From positions 80,476,001-80,540,000 of the forward strand of contig OX597826.1 of the NCBI GenBank assembly GCA_951406725.2: DNA of 64,000 nucleotides, in the 5' to 3' direction. Below, piece by piece: positions 12,804 to 24,623 of this stretch. The position numbers and the translations under genes were made by a program. The notes under the pieces were generated by a model that saw nothing but the letters and a program-made list of their open reading frames with translations, made no database searches and was not told the origin of the DNA. The DNA comes from Octopus vulgaris (Eukaryota). Position 1 is the stretch's first letter. Each line of letters begins with the position of its first letter.

Positions 12804-15800
12804 CTAGGGAGAGAGGAAAAATGCAAAGATAAAACATACATCAAAATGGAACATTATACATTATCATCATCGTCTTTTAACATCTACTTTTCCATACTTG
12901 CATGGGTCAGACTGCGTTTATTGAGGCAGATTTTCTACAGCCAGAACCCATGCAGCTGAGAAGCAACCCTCTTCATCTCTGTACTTCTATATATTCCAAA
13001 TACAGTAAGATACAGGGTGGCACAATAAGATAAGAGTCAGGTTTGTGAAGCAGCAGAGACAATTCCTGGTTGAGACTGGAGTAGAAAACGTAAAAATGGT
13101 GACGGAGGTTGTGGTGTTGATGGGCTTCAAAAGAATGGAAGGTTGAAGTGTTAGACAGTCTTTGACTCATGTCGGTTTGGAAAACAGACATTAAATGAGA
13201 TAATGGGAATGTTCAGACAGTTTGACAGGATCTGGTGAGCCCAGCGCTGCATCATGCTCCAATGTCATTTTCTATGGCTGGAGCCACACTGGGCTTCAGT
13301 GTCTGTTCTGGTATAGTTTCTACAGCTGGATGCCCTTCCTAATATCATCCTCTTTACAGAGGGTACTGAGTGCTTTTTATGTGGCACCAGCACCCGACAC
13401 AATGATGGTTATGGTGATGATGATGATTTATTGGTTAAGCCTATGACCCACATTCCCATAAGCAATTCCAATTTCTTTTATTGACACAAGGAGAATCTTC
13501 AAGATAACAACTGATCCCCCCACCCAACTTCATCATTTCTTATGACTTTGAATAAGACAAGCTAACAAAACGAATTTCATGAAGTCGCTCCACCTGTTAG
13601 AAACAGCAACCAGTCAACCTCAAATGACAACCTGCCCTCTTAAAAAGGGGGAGGACACATTGGACAATGTAGTCTTAGATACACAAGATCAGGTGCCTCA
13701 GTTTAGCTCCATGTCAGGAGCCCTGGCCAAGCAGACCTCCATGGAGGTGGAATAGGTTCCACAATACATTCTTCCTCTTATAATCACCAAAAAATAATAA
13801 CATGAATGATCAAGGCACAACTGAGCATGTTCCTTTCAAAATGGTAACTAACTACTGTGAATGTGTGTGTGTGAGCGTGAGAGAGAAAGAGAGAGAATGT
13901 GTGTATACTTTATTTATACACACCTATGCTTCATAGACTTCATTTATACATGCCAAATTCCAGCTCCACAAATAGAATATCTTTTGGCAATCAATCACAT
14001 CATCATCATCATCATCAGTTGATGAGAGATGATGTCCTGGCTGACTGCGAAGCAAATGCTAAAGACTGTGTTATTGTCTCCTGTTGTTGTTGTTGTTGTT
14101 GCTGCTGGTGCCAATTCCGAGAGCTGTGAGAGACCCAACCTTCATCACAAAAGGTTAAAGGTGAAAAGTGTTTGAACTCTGACCTTTCATGAAGGTATTT
14201 GGTCAAAGACTCAACACCAACACAACAATCAAAGTAAACGTTTAGCTTCAGTTTGATGTACAGTATCTTGTGATTTCCTACGTGTGTATATAAGCATGCA
14301 CACATGAACACATACATTATATACACACACACACACACAGACACATGTATGCAATATAATTCAAAATGTACCACCATTAATGCAGACATACTTTTTCTCT
14401 CTCCTCATTCCTTTCTGAAGAAGAGCACAGGCTCAAAGCATCAAAGACTTCTTCCATTTTCCCTGACTGTCAGACTAATACACCTTTGTGGTTCCTTCAC
14501 CTGTCTCCATCTTTTATACACTTTTGAACTATACTCACACACACACACATGCATGCATGCGTGCATTTGATGTGGTTAGATTCCTAGCAGGGATCATAAA
14601 CATATAACAATGGAATCATCCATGACTATATTTCCTTAAACATAGACTTAGAAAAATCCTTTATCTTCCCCTCCTCTTCCTCCTCCCTGACCCACTCTTG
14701 CACCTTTCTTTTGCTCCCTCCCCCCACCACCACTGCATCCACCTCAATCACCATCTCTAATCATCTGTCATATGCATTTCGCATTCTTCCAAACTTACCC
14801 TTTCTCTCTCTCTCCTCTGTGTTGTTCCCCACCATCAACACCTCGCTTATACACAATCACCTACTACATTGACCTCATATATTTACTGCAACCCCTCCCA
14901 CCTCGACCCCAAACCTCTCCTATATTTCCCTCCATCATTTGCTAGTCCCTTCTCCTCCTGTCCACTCACCCGATCCCAAACCTCTGTATCACCTCACTTA
15001 TTATCATCACCCTAAATGTCCCTCAAAAACAAATCCTCACATCTTTGCCATTATTGCTCTCTCTTCACCTTACTCTCCAAATCACTCTCCTTTTGTTTCC
15101 CAACAGGCTTATCCATGTACCCACCCAGCAACACGATGCCTACCCCTGTCCCTCTACATTTTCAATCTCACGACTGGCACAAAGCCATCCTCTCCTCAGT
15201 TCATGTTCTCCACTCCCAGTTGAAGGGGTTTTGTCTTGCAAGATTACTTGGTGAGTGATAGTGATGGTGCTACTTCAAAAGTGATGGTGTCACTTAAAAA
15301 GTGATGGTGCCGCTTAAAAAGCACCCAGTGCACATTGTGAAGTGGTTGGCATTAGGAAAGGCATCCAGTTTTAGGAACCAAGCCAAAACGGTCTATGGAG
15401 CTTGGTGTGGCTCCCAGCTGCTGTCAAACCATCCAACCAATGTCAGCATGGAAAACAGACATTAAATGACAATTACGATGATTACCCACCCAACCACCTA
15501 TCCCTATTCTCTCTCAATAGACATGTTGTACCGTAAGAGTATGCCCTCACCAACTCTCTCTCTCTCTTTCCAGCTGATAAAGCCATACATCTCCCTCTTC
15601 AACAAGACACTCATTACTCTTCCTGCATCATACATCCACATCATTCAATACTACTCCCCCATTCAGTAGAAAAGTCTTGTCACATTGCAAGTTCCTTGGG
15701 GACCTCATCAGTGCCTGTGCCACAAAAACTGCCCGGCACACTCTGTAAAGTGTTTGATGTCCAGCTGGAGCACCAGAGCTCAGCACAGTCCTCTGGCTCA

Positions 15801-16335
15801 TCAGTTTCTAACCAACTGTCCATGCCAGCATGGGAAACAAAATGAAGGTGGCAATGATAAGGATGGTGATGGATATTTGAATAGCAAGTTGTTTTACAGT
15901 TGCTTCTTCTGATCATCTTTCTGTCACTAACCACATCATAACGAAGTAGGAGGGATGCCTCTATCTCATAACCAAACAGACAGAAGCCGGCGGCTGACTA
16001 ATGTACCTTACTAATTAAATCCACAACATAATGACAAGCCACCTACTGCACGTGTCATATATATATATATATATACATATATAAATCCACTGTGGATGTA
16101 CAACTGACTAATTATATTACAAATATAAGAGTAGCTCAATGAAGATAACAAATACAGCTTTTATTTGTGGGCTTAAATTATGCAACAACTGCAATGGTAA
16201 TCAGTGCATAAAATCAATAGCTGTGATAAGAGAATTTCCCATTAACCATTATCCATTTCATAGAGGAAACACGATTGACATAACATTAGAAGTCTCTCAT
16301 GATCAAAGACAAAGTGTACAAAAGCACTTAAACTA

Positions 16336-16382
<47 letters not shown>

Positions 16383-16804
16383 AAAGGACACCAATAGAGT
16401 TTTCCTTCCTTTTCATTTTTTGGGGTGTTTTTTTTTTATGTATTTTTATGTATTTTTAACAACCTATATTGCATTAATCTGTTGAGTATCAAGAGATTAC
16501 CACCATGATTTATTAGGTATAACAGATAATAGCAAAGTTGAAGTAGCAGATTAACCATGTATACCAACACAGGTGTGGTAGGTCTACGAGATACTGTAGG
16601 ACCGAAGCAGGTGATACATGTACCCGACATAGCAGTAGTAGTAGTAGCAGCAGCAGCAGTAGCAGCAGCAGTAGCAGAAGATATACGAAATACACAAGAT
16701 CTAGCAGTGCTGATTTTAGTAAACATAGGAAATGGCTGTGTCTGGAAATTTTGACACGATACAAATTCACCGATTTTGACAATGATAAAGTGTATTGTTC
16801 TTTT

Positions 16805-17190
16805 ATTCTTTCACTTGTTCCAGTCATTTGACTGCGGCCATGCTGGAGCACCGCCTTTAGTCGAACAAGTCAACCCCAGGATTTGTTCTTTTGTAAGCCT
16901 AGTACTTGTTCTATCGGTCTCTTTTGCTGAACCACTAAGTTGCAGGGTTATAACTACACCAACATCGGTTGTCGACTGGTGGTCGGGCGAAAACAAACAC
17001 AGACACACACACATATATATATAGCTATAGATATGACAGGCTTCTTTCAGTTTCCATTTACCAAATCCACTCACAAGGCTTTGATCAGCTATAGCAGAAG
17101 ACACTTTCCCAAGATGCCACGCAGTGGAACTGAACCCAGAACCATGTAGTTGGGAAGCAAGCTTCTTACCACACAGCCACACCAGTGCCT
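16805..17190 (-). mobile_element. Near full-length tRNA-SINE family B
   Basis: Head at about 17185 and the family tail (ggtgctccagcatggccgcagtcaaatgactg on the minus strand). Confidence 0.85.
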
Positions 17191-17839
17191 TATATCAGCA
17201 TTTTTTTAAATAAAAAAAATGATAAAAAGTTTTATAAAACCATTAAATAAGTAAGTCTTTATTCAACATGAAACATTAAAGAAAACTTGATGATGTCATT
17301 TAAAATGAATTTCCCTACAGCAAAAATGCTTATGGTGACATTTCCTATAACCAGATATACCAGATCTGATACAGATCTGGTATATCAGACATACCAGATC
17401 TGATATACAGCACTGACGAAGTAGATAGCCAGATACACCAGGCTTAATAATATGATTGATGTGCCAGATATATTAGGTCTAGTAGTTTTAGTAGGTGTGC
17501 TAGATGTATCATCTACAGGTATCAGCTGAACAGGTAAATATACCAGGTGTCACAGTGTAGAAGATAAACAATGGGTGGTAAGACAGAAGAAGGACAAACG
17601 AAACAAACTGAACGGTGATTATGTTGTTTTTCATTTTTTTTAATAATAATTTTGAAGAAGAAAGACATCACTCAATCCTTTTCACAACTTTTGATACAGG
17701 TGAGATGAGAGGGAAATTTATCTGAATAAAGTTCACTCAACTTGCTAGAAATAGAAGCCAAATCTCTCCACACACACAGAATCACATAGCTAACATCCGG
17801 GAAAAAAAGCAGGATACAATGGACAATGAAGAGGATAAT

Positions 17840-18035
17840 GATCATCATCATCATCATCATTTAACGTCTGTTTTCCATGCTGGCATGGGTTGGACAGTTT
17901 GACTGGGGACTGGTAAGCCAGAGGACTGCCACAAGCTCGACTGTCTGCCTTGGCATTGTTTCTATGACTGGATGCCTTTCCTAATGCCAACCACTTTACA
18001 GAGTGGACTGGGTGCTCTTGACATGGCACCAGTAT
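17840..18035 (-). mobile_element. RTE-type 3' tail element (aacccatgccagcatggaaaa..gttaaa(tga)n)
   Basis: High-copy motif, also at about 2370-2660, 15290-15475, 31120-31235, 31430-31620, 55255-55550, 56245-56450, 60245-60670 and 61820-62130. Confidence 0.8.
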
Positions 18036-18321
18036 TGGTAATAGAAAAGAATGGATAGTCATGGCAGGAATCTCTGATCTGAGCCCTAAACAACATTTGC
18101 AAGAGTGTCTGATGAATTCTACACACCCACCCACACAATGACACTGCACATGTTTTAATACCAGAAAGTAAGAAAAAAAGAGAAAAAAAAGTGAATTGTC
18201 ATCAATCAGAAATGAAGAGGAAAGTAAGTGTTTCACAGGATCTTCTCCCTGCTGAGAGTCAGCCTTGAAGGTGAGAATGTGACTGGAAAATCTGAAAAGA
18301 ATAGTTTCATGCAGGACTTAC

Positions 18322-18450
18322 TTTTATCTTTTTCTTTAATATAGGAGGAGACCAAGTCGTGTAGAAACCAGATCACTTCAGCATCCATAGCAACAGAAAT
18401 ATGGTCTTCAAATTCTGTGATGAAGCTGCATTCAACAATAGGTTTGTCTT
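18322..18450 (-). CDS. BLTP1: BLTP1 coding exon 7 in window (EDKPIVECSFITEFEDHISVAMDAEVIWFLHDLVSSYIKEKDK)
   Basis: KPxVECSxxTEFxDHIxVxMDAE and FLHDLVSxYxKEK motifs. Acceptor atttttgcag|AA, donor A|gtaagt; 129 nt, phases 1/1. Confidence 0.96.
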
Positions 18451-20699
18451 CTGCAAAAATCAACAACAAATCAAACATTAGCAAAAGATTACATGAACAC
18501 AGAATGGGTCCACAGTAAAGCTGCACAGGGGCCAACCGGGCTGTGGACAGCCGTGTTTATAGAGAGAGGTGTTTAGGCATATAGGAGTCTGGTAGGTCTG
18601 AATATGTTGTTACTATGGATGTATAGAAGAGTATTTTGTTGTTGATGGCTGTATTATTGGAGTAGAAAAGACAGTACCCATCACTTTGGAAGTTAGTCTT
18701 AGACTGGACTTAACCCAAAGGCTTGTTTACTCCAAGGCTATAGGAGAAGACAATTGCTCAATGTGTCGTAGAGTCGATATAAAGCCATATACTGAAAAAG
18801 CAAACTTCTTAACCATACGGCTGTAATAATGTGTGTGTATGCATGCGAGTACATGCATGTGTGTGTAGGGAGTTTGGGTATTTGTCAAGACTCAGTGGTC
18901 AAACGTTTGCAGCTGGTCAGCTCATATCATGCTAGGACTTCAATCAGTGGTTTTAGTGCAGCTACAGTCATCAGAGGTAAATGCACCTGGAAATAATTTG
19001 AAAATTCTCATGGAGTTTGCTAACAGCCTTCGATAAAAGTTCTTCAAAGAGAGCTTTAAAGCTGGCAATGAGAAGAAAGTCAATGCTTAAAGGAATGTGA
19101 CACCTCAGGAGCTGTTGGTGCTTCAAAGGAATACGGTCCTGTGTGTGTGTGTACATGCAAGTGTAGGTCTGCATCTAAGTGTAAATGTGAATATGTTACC
19201 TGTGTGTGAGTGTGTGTATGTGTGTGTGTGTACATGGATGTCTGAATGACTGAGTGGAGATATCTAAAGAAAAAATACAACAAAAACAAAAAAGCAAATA
19301 AGTCTTTGATAATAAAAGAAAACTAAATAAAAAAGAGCAAAGCAGAATAAAAAAAAATCAATAGCATCAACGTGACCTCCAAAGTGACATGAGAGGAGCA
19401 GCAGCAGCAGCAGCAGCCAGTGTAAGGAAAGAAGTTTTTGAAGGTTGCACCATAAATAAACAGATGAAATGTCTTCTTCAAGTGATTCTTCAGCAACCTT
19501 TTTTTTTTATTTCTATTTTGACAAATAATTATTTGAAGTAGAGTCACAGAGAGTATTTATTAGAGAGAGAGAGAGAAGCCATGGAGTGGCTCGAGGGCCA
19601 AGCACTGAGATGAGCAGAGTAGGTAACAGTTGAGAGGTAAGTAGTACAACAAATTAGTTATTAAGGTGTGTGTGTGAAGGAGATATAGACACAGTAACAA
19701 GTGCTGTCCTAATTGTTGTGGGGGTATTGGTACATGGCCCAGAAGGCTGACACTAGTACTAAATTAGTAACTAACTTAATAATAATAATAATGTTTTCTG
19801 TTATAGGCACAAGGCCTGAAATTGGGGAGGATGTAGGGCTAGTCAATTACAGTGACCCCATCCCCTAATAGTACTTATTTTATTGACCCTGAAAAGATGA
19901 AAAGCAAAGCTGACCTCAGCAGAATTTGAACTCAGAACATAAAGACAAAATGAGAAGAGGAAGAAGAAGATAGTAGTGGTAGTAGTGGAGGTGGTAGGAG
20001 GAGGAGGAGGAGGAGGAGAGAAAAGTGAAGAATATTAGAGTGATACATAACAGGGGGAGGGAGACAGACAGACAGACAGACAGACATGGTTGAGGAAAGA
20101 CATTTATTTCTCATCTTTTGAGGTAACAAAGATAAACACAGAAATAAAGAGAAAAAAAAAACGAGGGAAAATAGAGAGAGAGAAGAGGAATTAATGGGGA
20201 GGAAGGTGGGAAGGAAAGAAGGAAGAAGAAGAGGACAGAGAAAGGGAAAATTGGGAAAAAGAGGAGAGAGAAAAGAGTGGGTGGAGAAAGGTGAGGGAGG
20301 GAGAGAGAGAGAGAGATGAGAAGAGGAAGAGGTAGCTAAAGAGAAATGAGAAGAGGAATCCAAGTAAGAAGTTGTAGGATGCTGTTGATGATGATGACAA
20401 CGGCAGGAAAAGAGAAAACAAGACAACAACAGAGAGAGAATAAAGTTAAAGAAAGAGTAAGGGTGGGAGAAAGAAGAAAAAAAAGTAAGGATTGAAATTA
20501 AAACGACAGGGAGCGGAACCCAGACTGAATAATTGGTGGGGGTCAAAGAGATCTTTAAGGATCCTGAAGATAAACCACCCTCACTCACCACCTCATAATT
20601 CTACCAGATTGATTGATATATTCTAAATCCAAAGTGACACCCATTGCAGGAAGGTTTAACATAGAAATTTGTCCATTTGCATATAAATTGGTCCAGTAA

Positions 20700-20825
20700 G
20701 TCTTTCTACAGCTGACCATTCTTAGGACTGACCGTTCAACTGTGAAATGAGAGTTAATACATGTCTTTCTACAGCTGACCATTCTTAGGACTGACCGTTC
20801 AACTGTGAAATGAGAGTTAATACAT
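20700..20825. repeat. Perfect 63-bp tandem duplication
   Basis: gtctttctacagctgacc...gagagttaatacat at 20700-20762 and 20763-20825. Confidence 0.95.
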
Positions 20826-21091
20826 GTTTTAAAGAATGCAGTAGAGTCTCATTCTTGTAACATAAAGGCTAGTTGAGGAACTTGGAATATCTGGGATTAT
20901 CTACAGCAATTCACAGGCAAAAAACTCCCTCTGAGACTCAATAAAATCGTGGAATCAAAATTTTTGTAAAGAACAAACAATGCAGAGGAGAGTGAATTAT
21001 GTGTTTAAAACAACCAATTGATGAAAACCAGGGACATGTTTCAGTCTTATTTAACCTCCTCAATGAAGCAAGGCTTAGAGGTGATAAGCAT

Positions 21092-21134
<43 letters not shown>

Positions 21135-21496
21135 CCCACTCCCTTGAGCACTATCTTTATTTTGTCAAAAATTCAGTTTCCTTAGCTTTTATTTATTAGT
21201 GTGGGACCAAAATTTTCTTTTGGGGTGCAACCCAAGTTCCCGGGCCTTTGCTTGTATTTAGAATACAAAATCGTCTAGAGTTTTGTTTTGGTCTATTATC
21301 ATGACTTCCTCTGGCTATTAATGTTAGATGTATCTTTTCTCCAAAGTTATTTTACACAGGAAAACTGCAAGACATTCTCAATGGCACCAATGAAAAATTA
21401 CCTTGAAATATTTTAGTAGTGCAGCCTGATGATGAGCCATGTCTCATGGGTCCTCTGCTGCCTCCTCCTCATACTTTACACACTTCATTTATTTGG

Positions 21497-21775
21497 TACA
21501 GTTCTATATTCAAGAGATGACGAATTATGTACATTATTTACATTTAATGGATATTTGTCGTCATCTTTTCAGCTGAGATACCCTCCTCAACATTTCAGCT
21601 GATATACCCTCCAGCCTTCATCAGGTGTCTTGGGGAAATTTCGAACCTAGGTTCTCATTCCTAAGGTATTTTTCGATATTATTATTATTATTATTATTAT
21701 TCAGGTCACTGCCTGGAATCGAACTCGGAATCTTGGGGTTAGTAGCCCGTGCTCTTAACCACTACACCATATGCC
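21497..21775 (-). mobile_element. tRNA-headed element with internal (AAT)n and a hammerhead-ribozyme-like segment, copy 1
   Basis: Head GGCATATGGTGTAGTGGTTAAGAGCACGGGCTACTAACCCC..GAGTTCGATTCC (box A 21769-21759, box B 21726-21715). GACAC-CTGATGA-A-GGCTG..CAGCT-GAAA at 21629-21588. Confidence 0.8.
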
Positions 21776-21967
21776 TTGCCTGTGGGCAATTACTGAGTGA
21801 ATTTTTAGGGCTTACAAATCTAATGTTTTCCTATCCTTCCTTAATACCAGTTCCCATATACCACTCATATCTGCACTCAGTCTGCACTCGAGAATGAAGT
21901 TAAAATAACAGAATGCCACTGGAAAATACGAAAACTAAAAGAAGCAGCACATATGCTAGGACACAAC

Positions 21968-22002
21968 AACTCCAAGATTCCGAGTTCAATTCCAGGCAGT
22001 GA

Positions 22003-22052
<50 letters not shown>

Positions 22053-22228
22053 TTAATAATAATAATAATAATAACATAACCCAGGTTCCAAATTTCCCCA
22101 AGACACCTGATGAAGGCTGGAGGGTGTATCAGCTGAAATGTTGTGTTAACAACAAACAAGATGAGGACAAATATCCGCTAAATGTAAATAATGTACATAA
22201 TTCCTCATCTCTTAAATATAGAACTGTA
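21968..22228 (+). mobile_element. Same element, 5'-truncated copy 2, inverted relative to copy 1
   Basis: Reverse complement of 21497-21740 apart from (AAT)n length, small indels and substitutions. Confidence 0.85.
22102..22147 (+). ncRNA. Minimal type-I hammerhead ribozyme motif (Penelope-like), probably decayed
   Basis: Stem I GACAC/GTGTT, core CTGATGA, stem II GGCTG/CAGCT, then GAAA and TGTT where the canonical motif has C-GAAA-CGTT. Confidence 0.6.
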
Positions 22229-22796
22229 TTCCACTAGAATAGTTTCATAGTTATAACTTTCAGAGAGAGAGGGAGAGGGGTAGAGGGAAGGATGAGGAGA
22301 GAGAAGGGGAGAGAGAGAGTGAGGGAAAGTGGATGCAGGTTTATACAGTTGAATGGCTACAGTTTCCAGAAAGTTGAATCTAATTCAACATCAGTGTGGT
22401 CAGAATCACACATACTTAGACGTAATTTCGTAGTCGGATTGTTTGTTTTATCAGTCAATATCCAGGAGAAATTACCTGGTCAGTGTAGATTAATGAACTG
22501 GTACAGGAGATGAATTATGTCACACTCCATAAAGCAGAGGATTTCACTGGAAGGAGATATATTACTTATTGGAATATACTGTTCAAAAACAATTTCCAGG
22601 TTAAAACCTTGGAAGAGACGGTGTTCTGTGATGTTCGACATAATTATTCCTCTTAACACTAATTGCCAACTTTACTCTGCATGGATGACTTATTCTCAAT
22701 ACAAACTGACACGGGAGTTAAACAATGAGACGGATCATAAGAAGGGTTGGAATTGTGACTCTTTTGTAGTCAGGAACCTACGTTTTTAACCCTAAA

Positions 22797-22832
<36 letters not shown>

Positions 22833-23264
22833 TACATACATACATACAAGAACACAAATGGGATTTAAAATTTACTACAGCTGTTTTGGTAGCACTTTAT
22901 TGATGTCTTCACAGAAGACATCGTAGGGTAAATCCATCAGGTAAAATTTTCAACAGGTAAAAAAAGCTGAGGTAAAATTTTTTCTGATGTCCTATGTGGT
23001 GATGTGCTTAGATTCTAATCACTTCTTTAACTAATCAACACACACACATGTGTATGTAACTATATGTATTATTTCCTAATGAAGACATGGGAGGGCTACA
23101 TATAGGGCCTGTGCTAATGAAGATACTTCACTAATTACAGTGTCCAATGGGTATAGAGCTGTGGCACCTGACAACATTCCAGGTGTGAGGTGCTCAACCT
23201 ATACCTTCACTTGACAAGGACTTGAAATAATAAACACGGTCAGACAAAGACTCAGGTTACATAC

Positions 23265-23441
23265 CTTCCATGGAGGGTTCATGTTCCCCTTGGAAATGTT
23301 TCGTCTTGAAATGCATTTGCATTGAAGGGAAAGCAAAAATAATTTCTCGATCATGACTGTAGTCCTGGGTTTTCCGTGATTTTTTATGTTCCGTTGGACT
23401 TTCCGGTTTGTCGTGCTGGATGGCAGGAAACGTGTCAAGAT
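23265..23441 (-). CDS. BLTP1: BLTP1 coding exon 6 in window (DLDTFPAIQHDKPESPTEHKKSRKTQDYSHDREIIFAFPSMQMHFKTKHFQGEHEPSME)
   Basis: YxHxxExIFAxPxMQxxFK motif. Acceptor tttacttccag|AT, donor G|gtatgt; 177 nt, phases 1/1. Confidence 0.93.
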
Positions 23442-24107
23442 CTGGAAGTAAACAACATTGTTTCATAAGAAAGTGGAAAAAAAACAAAAAGGAGAGTTAC
23501 AGTTATGATCTCAATAACGACCCTGTCTGTTTCTTAATTACAGATACTCTCTGTAGATACGAACATTTTATAGCATGGATACCTTCATTTTAGTCAGAGA
23601 GGAAAGGTAGCAGCTTTGACTTTTGCAGGTCATCTTAGTCTGATAAGATAGGTGCTGCATCGAACCAACGCAGGAAAACTGTGGGCAGAGTAGGGCAACC
23701 AAAGGTTTGGTCCACTAAAGGCACACAACAACTAGGTATTTCTCTGTCTTATTTTTATTTTCATTCTGGAGGAAGGTGCTATACCTATGGCTTTCACAGG
23801 TCCTCTCAGATGCATCAGAAACAGATGCAGTTAGCATTTCACTTTCTGAGTTTGCTGTGTCTGTTGACCTGCAATCGTTTATGTAGAAGGAAGGAATCTA
23901 AAAAAGGCCAATGTTCTGAAGAGAAAGGACAAGGCCTAGGATTTTGAGTTTAATGTGGAACCTAAGAGGTGAACGTGATATGGGAAAATGAAAGAAAGAG
24001 ACCTGAATGAGTTGAGAATGCCTGAAGAGAGGGTAGCATGTGATTAACCATCTCCAAGGAGCAGAGGACATTGCAGTAACATAAAAACTGGGGGGGGGGG
24101 TATTTAA

Positions 24108-24319
24108 CCCTTTAGCATTTAGATTATTCTGTCAAATGTAAGGATTATTCATTCCCATTGTTTTGGATTAATCATGGATTATCTCTTAGCACTGAGATTT
24201 CAATGATGTGATTGTTTATATTTAGGATGACATTGCAAGGTAGGTGTGAAAGGTCAGATGTGGACACAAAACAAGTAGAATATTTGGGTTGGCATATAGG
24301 CAGTTTAAATGCTAAAGGG
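24108..24319. mobile_element. piggyBac-type MITE, 212 bp
   Basis: TIR CCCTTTAGCATTTA / TAAATGCTAAAGGG flanked by TTAA on both sides (24104-24107 and 24320-24323). A lone end lies at about 29830-29880. Confidence 0.9.
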
Positions 24320-24580
24320 TTAATGTTTATGAATTCACAGAGAGAGAAAGGAGACTGAGATGAAGAAAAAGATAAAACAGAAGATGAAGTGGGAAAAGAA
24401 GAGGAGAAAGAAGACGAAAGAAAACGGGTAAACTAAGGTAGACAAGTAGTGAAATGTGATGCTGGTTGTGTTCTCCAGATGTGTCCACCTCTTCAGAGCA
24501 GGCAGCGAGTTACTTAGAAATGGTTAGTAACATCAATAAAACTGTATTAGATGTTTGTTTACATGGATTCTCAATGAATA

Positions 24581-24623
<43 letters not shown>

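Noticed and set aside
14015-14389. 124-aa polyQ ORF as an alternative BLTP1 exon
   Set aside because: No good splice sites, the flanking exons already join in frame, and the polyQ comes from a (CAA)n repeat.
19932-20591. 219-aa Ser/Leu/Phe-rich ORF
   Set aside because: Reverse strand of a GA-rich low-complexity tract.
21704-21775. Functional tRNA gene
   Set aside because: The acceptor stem does not pair, the apparent ACT anticodon is atypical, and it is the head of a repeated element.
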